A stretch of 64,000 nucleotides of DNA, taken from the NCBI GenBank assembly GCA_051294905.1, contig CM119372.1, positions 26,538,001 to 26,602,000 of the forward strand. The letters run 5' to 3'. The DNA comes from Botryllus schlosseri (Eukaryota). The notes below the pieces were generated by a model. That model was not told where the DNA came from. It was given only the letters and a program-made list of their open reading frames with translations, and did not search any database. How positions within the stretch are numbered: the first letter of the stretch is position 1; every line of letters starts with the position of its first letter. Shown here in pieces: positions 24,001 to 39,000 of this stretch. The position numbers and the translations under genes are program-made.

Positions 24001-27000
24001 GGTATATCTTTTTCGCCCCGCCCCTAGAAGCCACAACAGTGGTTCTCGAAGCATTTTCAGGGCGTCCGAGAAACCTACAAATTTGTAAAATGGTTGATAA
24101 CCTAATTTGTATTTTTTAATTAGGGAAATCACGAGGCGATTTCGCTTCATAGCTGCTAAAACTTCAGGACTCACATAAACCGAATGACATGAAAAATCCT
24201 CTTGTGAAAACTCATTTCAATTGCCAAATTGTCGACAGCTTACTGATAGAGACATATCATATTGCTGATAACAGATGTTTTGTTAAGGTTTTGCAAATCA
24301 TTTGTTTGCAGAATGCATTTTCTCCTGTGATACATATTACCGCTATTCCAGAATAACTTCACGATGAGCTGCTGGGTAGAAATGATTACGCTGGACGATA
24401 GCTGTTCAATAAAAATCTATTCCTAAATTTTGTTGCGATCATACCCAAAGGTGTCGTCTGAAGCGAAGCGTTACGCGTCATTATTACAATCGCCCTGACC
24501 TATATTTAGGAAATGGATATTCGTCATTGGTTCATATCAAATCGACTGCGCGAATTTTCAAGAGACGACCACGTATTTCAAGAAATGCAGCAACGGAAAT
24601 CGCTTTGAAATCGGAAGTCATCCGAATTTCTACATAAATAGGATGATGTTAATTTCAAGAAAAGTCATTTTTTGCTATCCGAGAATTAATATTTCCACAA
24701 GACAGATGACGGCTGCATGATAACCGAGCAAAATTTGAATCAAAACTGGGGAGGGGTTCCGAGGGGGTCCGTGACAGTACAAAGGGGTCCGAGAAGAAAA
24801 AAAGGTTGAGAACCACTGGGCCAGAGGCCATCAGTAACGAGGCGCTTCTATTTTTCTATTGAACTCAATTAGGAGAGAATTCATGAATCGAAGATCAATT
24901 GGTGAAACCATAGTGTCCTATAGTGAAACAATCAGTCCACATCTCAGAAACACATACCCGTATCGTATGCCTCCAGTCAGTCACGATAATATTGTCTTGG
25001 CTGTCCACAGCCACGCCGGCCGCGCATTCGATGGGATAATCTAACTTGGTAATCTGAGAGCCGTTCGCCGCTATGATCTTGACGCAGTCGCTGTCCGAAT
25101 CTGTTGCGATAATCTCCCCTAAAAAAACGTAACGAATAGATTGAAAACTTGAAATGTCCTACTTCAAAAACCCCGCGGTTCTTAACGGGGGTTGTGCGCG
25201 TGTGCGGGCTAGCTGATCGCGTACATGTGTTTGAGTAAACTCGATCCCGCTATCTGAAAAGGTGATTTTCTATTTCCGTATACCCGGCAGATGTGAACTT
25301 GACTTTGTAGACGAAAAATGACGGATTTGGATGTGCGAGTTTTGTTAATCTGGAATGGATTTATAACAATGTTTGAAATTGAGTCATTAGGTATATAGAC
25401 ATCGAGCTGAGAATGGTACGAAGTGAATTACGGGACTCGGTATCCGAAATAAAACGATATTAAGAACTACGGATTTTGCTAATATGGATTTGGACATGGG
25501 ACTTCTAACGATTACGAATTTCCGAATGCGAACTTTAGGGACCAATTTCACTTCCACGCTATTCTCCGGCAGAGGCTCGAACTGTGATTCCATACACAAT
25601 CGTTACGAATAACGCCAATTTCCGGATATTATTGAGTACTAACGCAATCTCATTCAATGAAATGACCACGGAAAATATTATTCAAATCATGCTTTTCGTC
25701 TTTAATACTATTCCTAGAAAAAAGCCCGTGACATACAAGGACACACCCGAACACGCTAATATCATTCCGAGGTCACGTGTCAGCTCGAAACCAAATATTA
25801 AATTCCAAACATCAAGGTGTAATGTATACCAGGGACACCATATTGGATATTTTTTTTCAAGTCGGTAAATCAAAATATGTGCGTCATCAGCAATTACTTC
25901 TCCCTCTCCCGAAATTTTATCAAGGCATATAAATGTTGCGGTTATCTAACGCAATTGCGCTTGACCTCGCGTAAACTCGAGACGTAATGCGACGCAACGC
26001 TTGCAACGCCCTCCCTTTGAATCGAACTATTGGCTATCTCTGGAATGAACGAAATTGCCTAAGGATACGGCGACCTGACCACAAAATTTAATAACAATGG
26101 TCGTACACGAAAGATTACCGTCGCACCGATTCAGAATATAAACATTAGGCACTGGAATTGACAAAAATCACCCGCAAATTTGCAAATGGCCATTGTTTCG
26201 TCCAATCGGAGCGCCGCAATACAATGCGTATAACCGGGGCCTACGATACTTATCGTACGCCCCGGTATAATAATGCCAAGGAACTATTGGGGCGAACCGA
26301 TTGGTCACGAAATGTCGATTTTCAAATTTGAAGGACGATTTCCGGGTATTTCCAGTGAGACCATATTATCATTCTATCAATAATCTACTTAGATTACTAG
26401 ATGTCGAGGTGGTCTACGGAATATTTTCAAAACGGAAATTGTACCTCGACTATAAAAAGTTTTGGAGCCATCGACTTAAAAATTGATGAATAATACAGGA
26501 AGTTGCTCTCGCAGCCATGGATATTTTGGGTTTTGTGATCTTGACTTTTCGTTCCTTTGGATTTGCGATGTTCAATGCAGATACTGCTGTTCATTGTGTA
26601 GTAATCTTCTCGTGTACTGTAGAATGTACATTCGAGAACGCCAAATCTATGTCGATACAATGATTGCATACCGATTGGCCGCGACCACCCACGTCGTCAA
26701 GACGAACCCGGAAAATCTATTAACGAAGCTTATATTGGTCGCGCATTAACTGGAAATTATATTGATGAATGGAACATTTCCAGAAATTTCCACACGCTTT
26801 CGGCATGCAGTAAACAAGCAATACGCGGGCCATTGTAAGGTCAACAAAATTGACCTATTTCGCGAGTCAAAAGATGTCATACACGACATTTGACACGAAC
26901 ATTCCTATTTAATCGAGTGGTAGACCGTAAAGCTAAATCCGAGAGCTAGAACTACTAGTACTACATGTTCGCGTTTGATGATATCATTGAATGGTAATTC

Positions 27001-30000
27001 TTAACATTTAATGTTGATTCTTATAATTAGAATCCAAAAATGAGCATTAGAGTCAGGCATAGGCTAGCATCGTAGAGTGAGTTTATGTCCTAATTGGGAC
27101 AGAGACTAGACTTGCGAACGAGCAAAACCGATTCGGATTCCGGACCGACTTATCGGCATATATCCGTTCGCACTCAAACTTGTCATAATGCCCTTCGTTA
27201 GTTGCGAACAGAGAACGCGATCCGAATACTGCGGATCACCTTTCAACCCAGATCGTGTTTTCTGCGGATGAAAATTGGGTACCTGTGGATCGGACTGCGA
27301 CGTTCTTGCAAAACTTGAACATGTTTTTCCCGTGTTCGTTCAGTAGCTTCCCCTCCTTTGTCCAGACCGTCACGCTGTTGATGCAGGCGATGGCGATATT
27401 TCCCTCGGGAGTCTCGGCGATCTGTAATTCGTCTCCATCAAGTACCCGTTCGCATGCAGTTTATGGAAAAATTAACCTGCGATGACTGACGGGTGTCAAA
27501 TTTCTTTCGACTTGCGAATCTATAGACATTGATAAGCACCCGCAATATTCGAGCAGTGCAGTATGATATAAGATTCAAGTGTACAACTACCGCCGTAAAA
27601 TTAGGTTCGGGACGCCACTAAATTTTATTCATGACCTATAAAGAGCATGGCCGATGTTGCAGCTGGACTGCGATTTCGAAAATCTTACATTCCTCGTTTT
27701 CGACACGGAGCTATTGCGCCAGATGAATTGTGATATTACTTGAACTGAAACTTGGACTTGAAATGAAAACTGACAATTTGCGAAAAGAGGAGAAAACCAG
27801 CCTTTCAGATGATAGATCAACCAGATTACTTGATCGCGCCAGATAATGGTGCTGCAGGCCGACGCAATTTATTTGCCTTGCGAGTGTGCCTGGAAGTGAA
27901 ATGGATCGACCTAAAAGTCCTCTGCTTTCGCAATTAAAAAAAAACGATATTCAAAAGGGAATCTGCACTTGCCAACTGTTTAGTTGTTTATGGTTACGCG
28001 GTCACCATTTACCGGGCGACCGCGATTAATTTATTACACGGAAGTCGTGAAGACAAAAATTACTCGCAAGGTTTTGAAGTTCTATTACTATTAGTGTTAT
28101 TATCATGAGAAGCAGTTGAAATGATTTTCAGTGCATACATATAGCAATCAAGATGTTATTTACATTGACATTGACAATTATGTAGCCTCCAAGACAGTGA
28201 AAAAGTAGGAACGAAGAGGTAACGAAACCCCAAGCGGGCCAAGCCAGTAACCATAACGCAAGTCGAATGGAAAATTCGTGCTTTTGGGGCGAGAATGGAC
28301 AAAAGCTGTTTATCAATTCTATTTACGTCCTGGATTCGTAGTGAAAACAGAAAAAGTAAATGACATCACAATTACCAAAGGGTTAACTGTGACGCTTCTC
28401 GTGCGTTATCTACGCCCGTGGTCATGGTCAGTACTAAACCATATTACTGGTATGCCTATTTAGCAGCCGACCACATCTGAGCTGTTGAAGGAAATTAGTT
28501 ACAGGGGTAGTTGACGCAGATGGTTAATCAACAGCCTTCGGCGCGAGAGGTTTTCAAGTTTCGAAGGCTTATCGGGGCTCCCGCAAACACGAGTCGCTTT
28601 TCTCACGTTTTTTTTTTCACATGGCCGAAGAAAGATCCGGTGGAGGACGAAAACGAGAAAAGCGAATAAAAAGAGTAATAAAATGCGTCCAAATGTTAGA
28701 TTGTACTTATGGTCGCTTTGTTACAACATCGACGTATTCCTATCTGTGCACTAGATCGCCTTATCGTGTCTTCTGTATCGCATAGTGCACAGTCAGATAG
28801 CTGCATACCTGAAAAGGCTGGAACGTGATCTTCCCGTTTTTGTACGGTCTCAAATAAAAATTCCACAGGAAATTGCCGTTACGATCGTGGCATTGCACAT
28901 GTCCGCCCTTACTCGTCTCCGACGTGGTGTACATTTCCCCGTTCTTATTCATATACACGCCGTAGATGGGGTCGGGATTCACCAAGCACCTTTGCGCAAG
29001 AAAAAACTGTTGTGCGTATGGGTGATATTTCAGCCCAAAGCCAGATAACTTATGTCGATATCGCCACATCTCTCATTATCTCAGCATTGCCAAGCAATCG
29101 AGTTAGCGGACACGCGTAGGGATTACGAAAGATATTTCGCAGCCGCAAATAGTGCGAATCCACGTATTAATCAGTTGGATTGCAGAGTCGAATCAGAGAA
29201 GGTCTGAGTAAGTTGTCGAATAATTTGGCTCAAATTCGAAAACCTTAGCCCGCATTATAACTGAAAATGCTGCATTGGATACAAGTTCGAGAACTATAAA
29301 CATACAATATGAACTTGAGCCCGTACTAAGCAGGGTTCGAAACCGAACCTGCGGGTTGTTCGTCACATTCGAACTCCAGTGAACATAGAAACAAACATTT
29401 TCTATTTGAAAATGAGCTCGGGTTAAAATCAGACTAGGTCCGAGCCCGACCAGCTTATCTCATCTCGGATTGAAAATCCCTGGTAAATAAACCAATTCCT
29501 AAAACGGAATATACAATTTCCAGTACCTTGAGCACAACACGAGCCCGAATATTGTGACTTCCTTATCTAATTGCTATGACCAACAGCATCAACCCCATTT
29601 CCAAACGGGATTTACAATTTCCAAGGTTGGGAGCTCTAACGTGAAATAGAATCCGCCCGAAACGGCAGGGTCCCTCCTATTCGAACCAACGACAAATGAA
29701 CCAATTCTAACATGAAAACTACATACCTCGAATTTCGTATCATCCTCCACGTTGACGCGCTGTTCGACACTGGCATCATGGCTGTCCTTCGACGCCTGAG
29801 TATATACGGAGAAGGTATCATTATATCAGTCATGATTACACCTAGCAACTACAAGCTACAAATTTGTTAAAATAACTTCAAAACGTTAAAGATCGAATGA
29901 TCAAACACACATAAGATATATGCATTCCCGCTTCCTACGTCATGCAGGCATTAATACCGCATAAAACGTGTCCGCTTTGGAAACGGCGTACACAAGAATT

Positions 30001-33000
30001 ATGAAGTTTCCTACAATTTATTTTGCGTCAATGAACTCCAATGCACAATATCCACGCAACAACATGAAACTGTCGTCATCATACTACAGGGAAGGCCGTG
30101 AACTATTTTCTCATAGATACGTCGAGATTTACGACTTAAAAGTCGCAAAACATTCTCTCGGTTACAATGCATATGACACTATCTTACTACTGATGTGCAG
30201 TGCGCCGGAGTCGGCGGGCCTAACATTTGATAAGCATATCTTGCGTTAAATCGGTCACGGCGCGCTGGCTACCGACTACAGCCTGCCATAGCATTTGCGG
30301 AACTGTCTACCTACACGGAACATAATAAATAATTCCGAGTAGGCATCATTCATTGGACAAGTTGGGTCCTCTTTTGTTTCGTAATCCAGACTTGAACCCA
30401 CAACACGATCGAAAAACGTACGAACAGTACACGCACAAATTGGAAAACGTAGCTAATCCCATTCAAACTTTTATCGACATACGCTTTATCAGACGCAGAC
30501 ACATAGCAATTTTATACCAATTTCAATGTCGCTACAAGTACAAACGTCATTTCTATCGAAATTGCAACCAACTTCATAGTAAAGATTCACGAGTTTTCAT
30601 GCCGTTAGCCCATATTTTAGAAGGCAGCTAGTCGAACAAATGATACAACGACATAAGAATGACAAACTTGTCAAAATATTATTTGCTGTCAGTTATACCA
30701 ATTACTGGGACAATGACGCCACAGCGTATAACATTTAGCCAGCCACGGTACCCGAAGTTCAAAACCATTTTATATCTCAACGAAACAAGCAAGCTACACA
30801 GTACACAGTGTCGAGCTGTAGCAGATATACCAGCAGTACCCGAAAGGTTAAGTAACGCACGATATTATGAACGCTTTTTTTAAATTTACCAGTAAAGCGT
30901 TACTACTATATCCAGTTTCGAAACGCTACGCAAAGTTGCCATGTATAACAACAACCCGTGAAGGCGTCTAGTAAATGTTACAAATATAGAACTAATGGGT
31001 ATTTTTATCGGTTTGTGTATGTGTACACACTGACATCAATTAACACCGACACATAAACAACACTACGTCAGGTATAAAATCAATACCGTTAATAACGCGG
31101 TTACACTAATCGATAACATTTCTGCTATGGTAACAAAGGTAATAAGAATAATGAGAAGCGTGCCATTACTATTTCGAATTGCCTCAATGATATTAATAAA
31201 AGCTCGGATTGTGGAAATTTGCTCGCTACCCTCCAATTGCTCGCTATCATGTATAACGTACCACGATACGACACGTGCAGATCTTGCACTGTAACTTGAC
31301 CTGCAAATTGTCGCTATATAATAGCCCGCTAGGTAATTACGTTAACCTTCAAAAAGTGAAGACATCACTGTACCGCAAATGCAATCCGGAAAACATCACA
31401 ACATATTTTGATACAGAGCACAAGGGCATCTACGCAGCAAATCCGATAATGGGATTTTATTAAATTCTCGACATATTGAGACATGCATCTCTACCGCCAG
31501 ACGTAATCCAGCCGAAGTAACAAACAAATAAGTACTAAGCGCTTATTCCACAACAACGCAACTCATACTGACATATTGACAGGGTTTCGCCATGTTTCAC
31601 CAGAATCGCCAGTCAACAAATGCACACAAAACTGTCAATCTCCAAAACATATTGCAGTTCAACTTGAAGAGAGAAAGTAACTTGGCAGAGTGTTAGCGTC
31701 TTAGCTGGTAGTCTTCGGGTTAATGCTAATGTGGTTGAACGCGTCTAAAGCAGGCGATTGCCTGGTTAAGTATGTTGGTATATTGTTAATATCCTTCTTA
31801 AAAATTACATAACTTGAATTTTGAAGTGTGGAGTTCGGAGATATGTTTAGGACTTGAATATGTGAAATATGTCGATTAATATGGCGCCGATTTATCCACA
31901 TCTAAGGGGTAAGGACTCGAAATTTCTGGGAATTGGTATTAAAATTTAATTCGTCCATAGTTCAAAGCCCGGGTCATGACCCGGTTAGACAATGAAGGTA
32001 AATTCGATCCGGATTCCGTCGTTGAAAGCCGGTTTCCATCAATACAAATTGAAATTGCGGCCATTTCAACATTCGTGAACTACAATTCATTTTATGACAT
32101 CTAGTTAGAGTAGACGCACTAGTTGTCGTCAATGATCGAGGATAGACGCATTAGTTGTAGTCAATGGTCGGAGTTCAAATAGTGAATTCCACCTCGATAA
32201 GCGATTTGGCGTCCTTCAATCATTGCATACGCACAGTTCGTTACGCTTCTTCCTTCTAAATGCAGTGTGACTGTATTGCTGTGTAACCGCTATGCAAGGT
32301 ACGGTACCGTAGCGTAGAACTAAATGGTGATTTAAGATAATCTACGCCAGGGTATCAAACTTAAATGTGGTCACCGACCAATTCTCTAGCTTTTGATGAC
32401 GCCGCGAGCCGAGGGGTATTCAATGCCTTTCCAGGTAGGCCTTTTGTGACGGGACCTTGCAGACTGACAAGTCACGTCATTGTGTAACCGTAATTTACTA
32501 TTGTAGCAATTCATGCCTAGCACGAACATAATAGCATTTTTACATATTTGAATAAAATTTGTTGCTGAACTTGCTTTCCACGGGGGCCGCACAGAATGTT
32601 CTCACGGGTCCCGGTCCGCGTGTTCGAGACCCCTGATCGACGAGGAGGCCAGTTTCAAAATAGATCCGATTCTGATTAGAAATAGCCTATTCAAGCATAA
32701 TTAGTTCGGTGAGGTATGCGCACAGGTGTGTTTACACTGTACAATCGCATATAAACAATTGCTCGTGAACAGACTACCAATATTAATAGTAATGCACCAC
32801 TTAACTTACTACTGCATCAAATCCCTCCATACTTTACTGTACGTACGATAATGCACTATGCACATTCCGCATAAGGCCATCCACAGGACCACAAAAAATA
32901 TGAGATTCGTCCAATTATCTCGACAAACAAGGGATATCGGCTACACCGCAATAAGCCCGTTGCTACATTTGGTGTGTTGCTGACAATGCTACAGTTCTCT

Positions 33001-36000
33001 ACCGTGCATTACGATACGATTGCGCATGAGCAATTGAGCATTGTTGCAGATATCGGTTGTTCACAATGTTCACTTGTTCAGTTGCGTACGTTAGGTAGCC
33101 TAGGCATCTTAATTGAGCGGGAACAGGAGGGGTCGTCAAAATCAATTTCAACGGTGGTACCCGACAGGTAACTAGCTAGCTTGCTCGAGGCTACATACTA
33201 CTAACTTACAACTCCATTCAATAAATAAAAAGAATCTTAACTACGCACCGCGTCTGCGAACACCAAAATATCTATGAATACTCCGTTATCGCCACGATCG
33301 CATATTTTTATACCGACCGTCAACGCGCAATGTCAACGCCTGTCTGCGTATCTCATCTCAACGCATCAGAGATTGTTCAGCGAATAAAGATGCCGAAAGC
33401 AAATAAGCTTCAGGCCTAAAAGAGATTGGCAAAGCGCCGTTAAACACAATCCAGCTAATTTAAGCAACCCGTTAACACCATCCCAACTTACTCACTCGTG
33501 ATTTCAACTATAGTGTGTCTGTATCGCTGTGCATTTGAAGAAACGCGTTGCAAAACTACATGTAAGACTGTGCTTATCTTAAACTGCAAGCATTTCGCAT
33601 GTCTCCGATTAAAACCGCGGTCGTTATCCGATACCCGGTAAAAGCGTGGTATGTGGTCCATTCCAGGATGAATGTAGGCCAGAAAATTGTAACTAATACT
33701 GAATTGGCGATAACGGAATATGATTAGCAAGCTGAAACACCATAATCTGCGGCAATAAAGTAAATGTAGTTATTCGAAATCAGTTAGAGTTATAATCCAA
33801 TTCGAATCAGGCCGTTCAAACAACATGGGGACTTTCGAATATCGTTTGTACACCATCCAGTTATAGCGTCCTATATCGGATCACAACAGGTTTATAGCCT
33901 TTGAGAAGCGATTCCATACAGATTCGGACGATTCGAAACACAACTTTCGAAGCGAATAGGGATTTTCGATAATATATTAAAAATTGCTTTTCAATTTCTG
34001 CATCAGATATCAACTACCGCATGAAAGTGATTCCATGCGATTCTGATTTACTCGTATCACCGCCGAAGCGAAACAGATCAGTAATTTTGAAAATCGGCCA
34101 CTGAAACGATCACCTACTGGGGTACTTTTGCCAATAACAATCTTCCGTCTAATGGGTTACACCTTTTAGAGCAGTGATTGCCAAGCTGTGTGCCGCTGCA
34201 CAGAGTCTGCCGCCACAGATTTTCACGTATGCCGCGACTCTTTTTGAACTTGTTGGAGGAGAATTGTATAAATAATTTGAAAAAGGCCGCGAGACTAGCA
34301 CATGCGACTCGAAGGCGTTTCAATTCCTTCAACATCTGATAAGTATTAGCCCATGTAACAATGAAACCAAATATGCCATCGTAATAATCAAACAATCTTT
34401 CAGCTGAAGATCTTTCAGCTGCTCATTTAAACAAGAAAGACCCTACAAATGAAATTGGATGAGTTTTCGCTATCTGCTTCCAAATCCTATTACCTGATCG
34501 CTGGAATAAGACATACAATCAAAATTGTGTTAAAATTTGTATACTCATGGCTATGCGAGTATCACTATTCTTTTTTTAACTGAAATTGAAAGTTGCAATC
34601 GGAAGACTATGCTTGGAACTGATGACAAAATACGGATAGGCTTGTCTACAATGCAACGTCCTCTTATTTGTATACGTACTTCATCTTTTCCCGACAGCAT
34701 GAGTTAAATAATTTTTCTGCTGTGCCACAATCTAACGAAGTTTGGGAACCACTGAGATAGAGTAAGACAATATTCAAGTTGCAGACAGTGGTGTGAACGT
34801 GTGACGTCATGATGTATGAAGCGAAATCGAAAATCGAAATGAGAAGGGTTGGAAAGATAACATCAAAGTAGCTTGACTATGATTTCGCCACCCTTTTTCC
34901 CAGTTAATTACAGGAATATCAACACCAACTAAGACCGACTTAGAAGTCCCGAATCAGTGGCATCGTTATTTAGTTATGCGATGGAACAACATGACTATTG
35001 ACTTCGTGAAATTTCATCGCGATATCAGTATCGGACACGTTATATCAAAATAGCGTTACGAAGAGGCTGATATCATCTCAATATCTCTCCGCACAATCGT
35101 ACACCTAACAAAGATGCGCTTGAAAGAGTGGCAAATAACAAACACAAGGTTATTTACGCAATCGTTTTAACGGAAAAGAGACCCATTATACCGTGCGATA
35201 TATTACAGACGAACCGTTAATTCATAAACAATGATGTAACAATAACGACCACAGTCATAGCATAAATTGATCCAACTGCAACTGATAACCGTTTACATAT
35301 TGATCTGGAAAAAATTCTCGCTATTCGACTAATTGATTGGTACAAATTCTTAAAAAAGCATTGCCATTTCATCACGAAAAGAATGCTTCCAAGGGTCAAT
35401 ATTGGCATTACAGAATCTACATTGCACATTGAGAGTAGAGCTAGCCAGAGTATTCTCTGCTGTTTTTGCTCGAAAGGCAGAGTATTCTCCGCTGTTTTTG
35501 CTCGAAATTTGCGACTAAATACAGTATAAAATCTCTGCGGAATCCCAAGGTGTAGAGTGCGTGCGGTAATAAATACAGTCGTTTCGGACTGCGAACGTGG
35601 CGTAGGTGAGGTGAGGAAGAGGTTACAGCTTACAGCTGAAGCGTAAACGATCTACGATTTAAATTACAAGTGGGTTTACACTCCAGGTCGTTCAGAAGCT
35701 ATATTATTGATAAAGCAAATGATCTAGAAAGATAGCCCACTCGGTATTGAAGAGTTAATAATATCCGTTATTCAAGGCTGACATTCAATATCAATTTGTA
35801 TGCCTCATCTGAGTGGTGTGCCGTGGTCAGTGTGAGATTACTATGAATGTTTCGTTCCTGAGCTTTAGCCTACAGCAGCGATTTTTTCAAATTCTCGTGC
35901 TCTCAGATAGCTATTGTGATGAATTTATTTTCAAGGGGCCCATATCAAGAATTGAGGATCTGATTTACTAAGGCAAACGCGACTGGATTACATAATATGT

Positions 36001-39000
36001 AATAAAATTGCAGCATATAAATAGTGAAAATGCTAACACCCATCGAATCGCTGATGATAATAACATAATTCCGCTCACGTTTGAACGTGTCAGAAAATGT
36101 GACTAGATATTTCTGTTCATAATTAAATGTGTTAGACCAGGGGTCACCAACGTGGTGCCCACGGGCACCAGGTAGCCCGCGAGGGACAGATGAATAGCCC
36201 GCGAGACTGTTTTAAAAATAGATCGAATAGCAGCATTTACCAATATTCGTCACATTATTACCAGCGAGCTTTTAAATCTATAGAATGATTGATTTAGCTA
36301 TTCTTGTTTCAATCACATGTAGCTTACAAATGTCAACACATAGTTAACACTTAGCATGATGATATCAAATTTCCTCAATTACAATTAGTAATATACCAAC
36401 ATGTAATATAATCACAAGATATCGAAGACGTAAGATACGGCGCACTGCCCATGCAGGTGACATGACGGAATGCCATCCATGGTCTTCTTGAAATGGCGGG
36501 GGGTTCCGTTATCGTAGCTCGACGTCCAGGACAATGCCAAAGTAGTAAACAGCATTACTATTCGGTAGCAGATAGCGGTGAAGTACTAGCAGATTTTCAA
36601 TGTGTATGTCCATTACGCATTGCATCTTTTGACACAGCTTATTTCTCTTACACTCAACGCAGTTTAGTAGGTCATACCATATTTCTAACTTTCCGTAATC
36701 GATGCTGCTGTCAGGTATATTGAAATCTGGATGCCTGGATGGATGTCTGGATGCTGAATAGTTTAAAATTGAAATTGTAACGCTGCAAAATGACCTCCAC
36801 CTCAAAGCCCACAAGGCTGCAGCAAACTTTTGGTGCCTTGTTGAATTGGAAAAGTACAGTAGTGTATGCGCATTGCGCAGCAGCTATGGCGGTTGCAAGC
36901 GTGTTTGGTTCAACTTATCGTTGTGAATCAGCCTTTGCGGACATGAACTTAATCAAAAACAAATACAGAACAGAACTCACTAATGCACATCGGGAACACT
37001 CACTCAGAGTTGAAGTGTCAAGTTACATACCACATTACAGCGCACCAGTTGATTGCATGCAATCTCAGGCCTGCCACTGACTGATATAGAAACAGATAGC
37101 ATGATGTGCAGTCTAAAGTGTGACATGATTTATTTTAAAATTTGAGTTGACTGTTGCTGTATAATCAGTACCCAAAAGGAGCCCTTGGTTGCAAAAAGGT
37201 TGGTGACCCCTGTGTTAGACAATGTGATGACAATTCGTCCCCTTTGGAGTTAACAGCTTATTCAATTGCAGGGGTCAGTCAAATTTGTGTGGTGACGGGC
37301 ATTTCAATTGTTTCCAGTATAAAACAGCTAAGCGAACATATAAACGGAGCTATAAAACAGAACTGAAACATCCGTGCTTTAGAAAACACCCGACATGAAT
37401 AGCAAACTAGTTTTCAGATATGCAAATCGCTTCATAAGCACAATTGTGTAAAGAAGATTTGCATCCATCTATTTACTGAATTGCGATGAAACTTCCTTGA
37501 TCGGTATGCGGCTGTATCGCTGTCGAATGACAGACTATATGCAAAGCAAAATACTCAATGTAGGCCAGCTACAGCAAAGTCCAATGATCGATAGATGTGA
37601 CTGACTTGTACGATTGTACATTAGGGCTCTTCAAAAATGACTTTTTGTCTCAAATCGTACTGGCTACCTGATAAAATTGTTAGGTTACCTAATTTAAGCC
37701 TACACACAAAATTTGGTTCAATTCCAGCCAGAAACCGCTTTGCTACAGGAGAAGAAAGTTTCTATTTATTATATAAAAATAAATAATCAAAAATTTGAAA
37801 ATTTTTCTTCACCCCATAAAAGTGTTAGGCTGTCTATAGAAACGATCCTCACCAAATTTGGTGCAATTCCAACCAGTGGAAGCGGTGTTACTGCCGTCGA
37901 AAAATTTGGATTTGAATAAAATAGTATTTACGGTGAGCACAACTATAATAAATAAACAAAGAATCGGTCACGGTAAATACTAAACGCAAAATAGCTACTG
38001 GACGAATTGTAGTGTATACTGCTGCAATGAACAGTTACCGTGCTATGGGATGAGTAGGTAAGGCAAACTAGACAATTCTGAACCCCATTGCGAGTCTTGG
38101 TTGTCGCAATACTACCACCCGTAATTTCTGCGTGTTTGCCGAAAATACGCCACACTACAATATAACCAAATCTCAATTTACGTGAAACGAGAACTTACGC
38201 AAGTAGTTTATGTAACCTTCATGCGTTCCTATCAGAAATTAAGACATTGGATAGGTCAGGAATCGCTGGTATACACTGTTTAAGGAATCGCTGGTATACA
38301 GTGTTCAAAGGCATTAAAGGCAACGCAAGCTCATGCACGGCCCGCTATCACGAGGAAATTGACGCGGAAATAAAAGCAAGACTGTTTTCAAGTGGCTCTG
38401 CGAGCCGATTTGCTAAGAACGATTGTGTACATTAGCTGAGTAGTGTGTGCTTAGCAATACCCACGCGCAATATCACGAAGGATTATCATTAGGATATCGG
38501 TTACATGGTTGTTACCGAGTTACTGCGTGTCAATGAACTACTAATAAGACTAATAAGCGACTGCAAAATTCAAATAATCTCATCAATACTACACATGAAT
38601 GATTGATCACTTGAGTAAAACAGTTTGGACTACGTCATGGCCGACAGAGGATGACACTAAACTACAGAATGATTCACAAATTTCGATCCGTCAACATGGT
38701 ACGTATAAACGCTCTGGTGGAGGTGGCTGGATATTTTATCAAGAGATACTTCATCTGTCAAAGTACATATTTCCGCCTAACCAAGTGTGACGCTATCACG
38801 AAAATTTAATTGTAATAGACATAATAAGTGGTCGCTCATCTTGTCTGGAGAAAAGATACATATTAGTCATACCGCAAGTGTCGTCATAAAGCTTGCAAAT
38901 AACGATTAAGAGGTCAATGGTAGCGATTTGTGTTTACTACACGTCGGGTCGTACCACAACAAGATTATCGCACATGACATCAAGGAGAAATTCGCTTGAT

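Noticed and set aside
29007..29069. ATG at 29069 as the start of a stand-alone 287-aa NHL protein
   Set aside because: A phase-0 acceptor at 29007 and a well-formed upstream exon (29795-29727) explain it better as intron. It cannot be excluded as a minor start.
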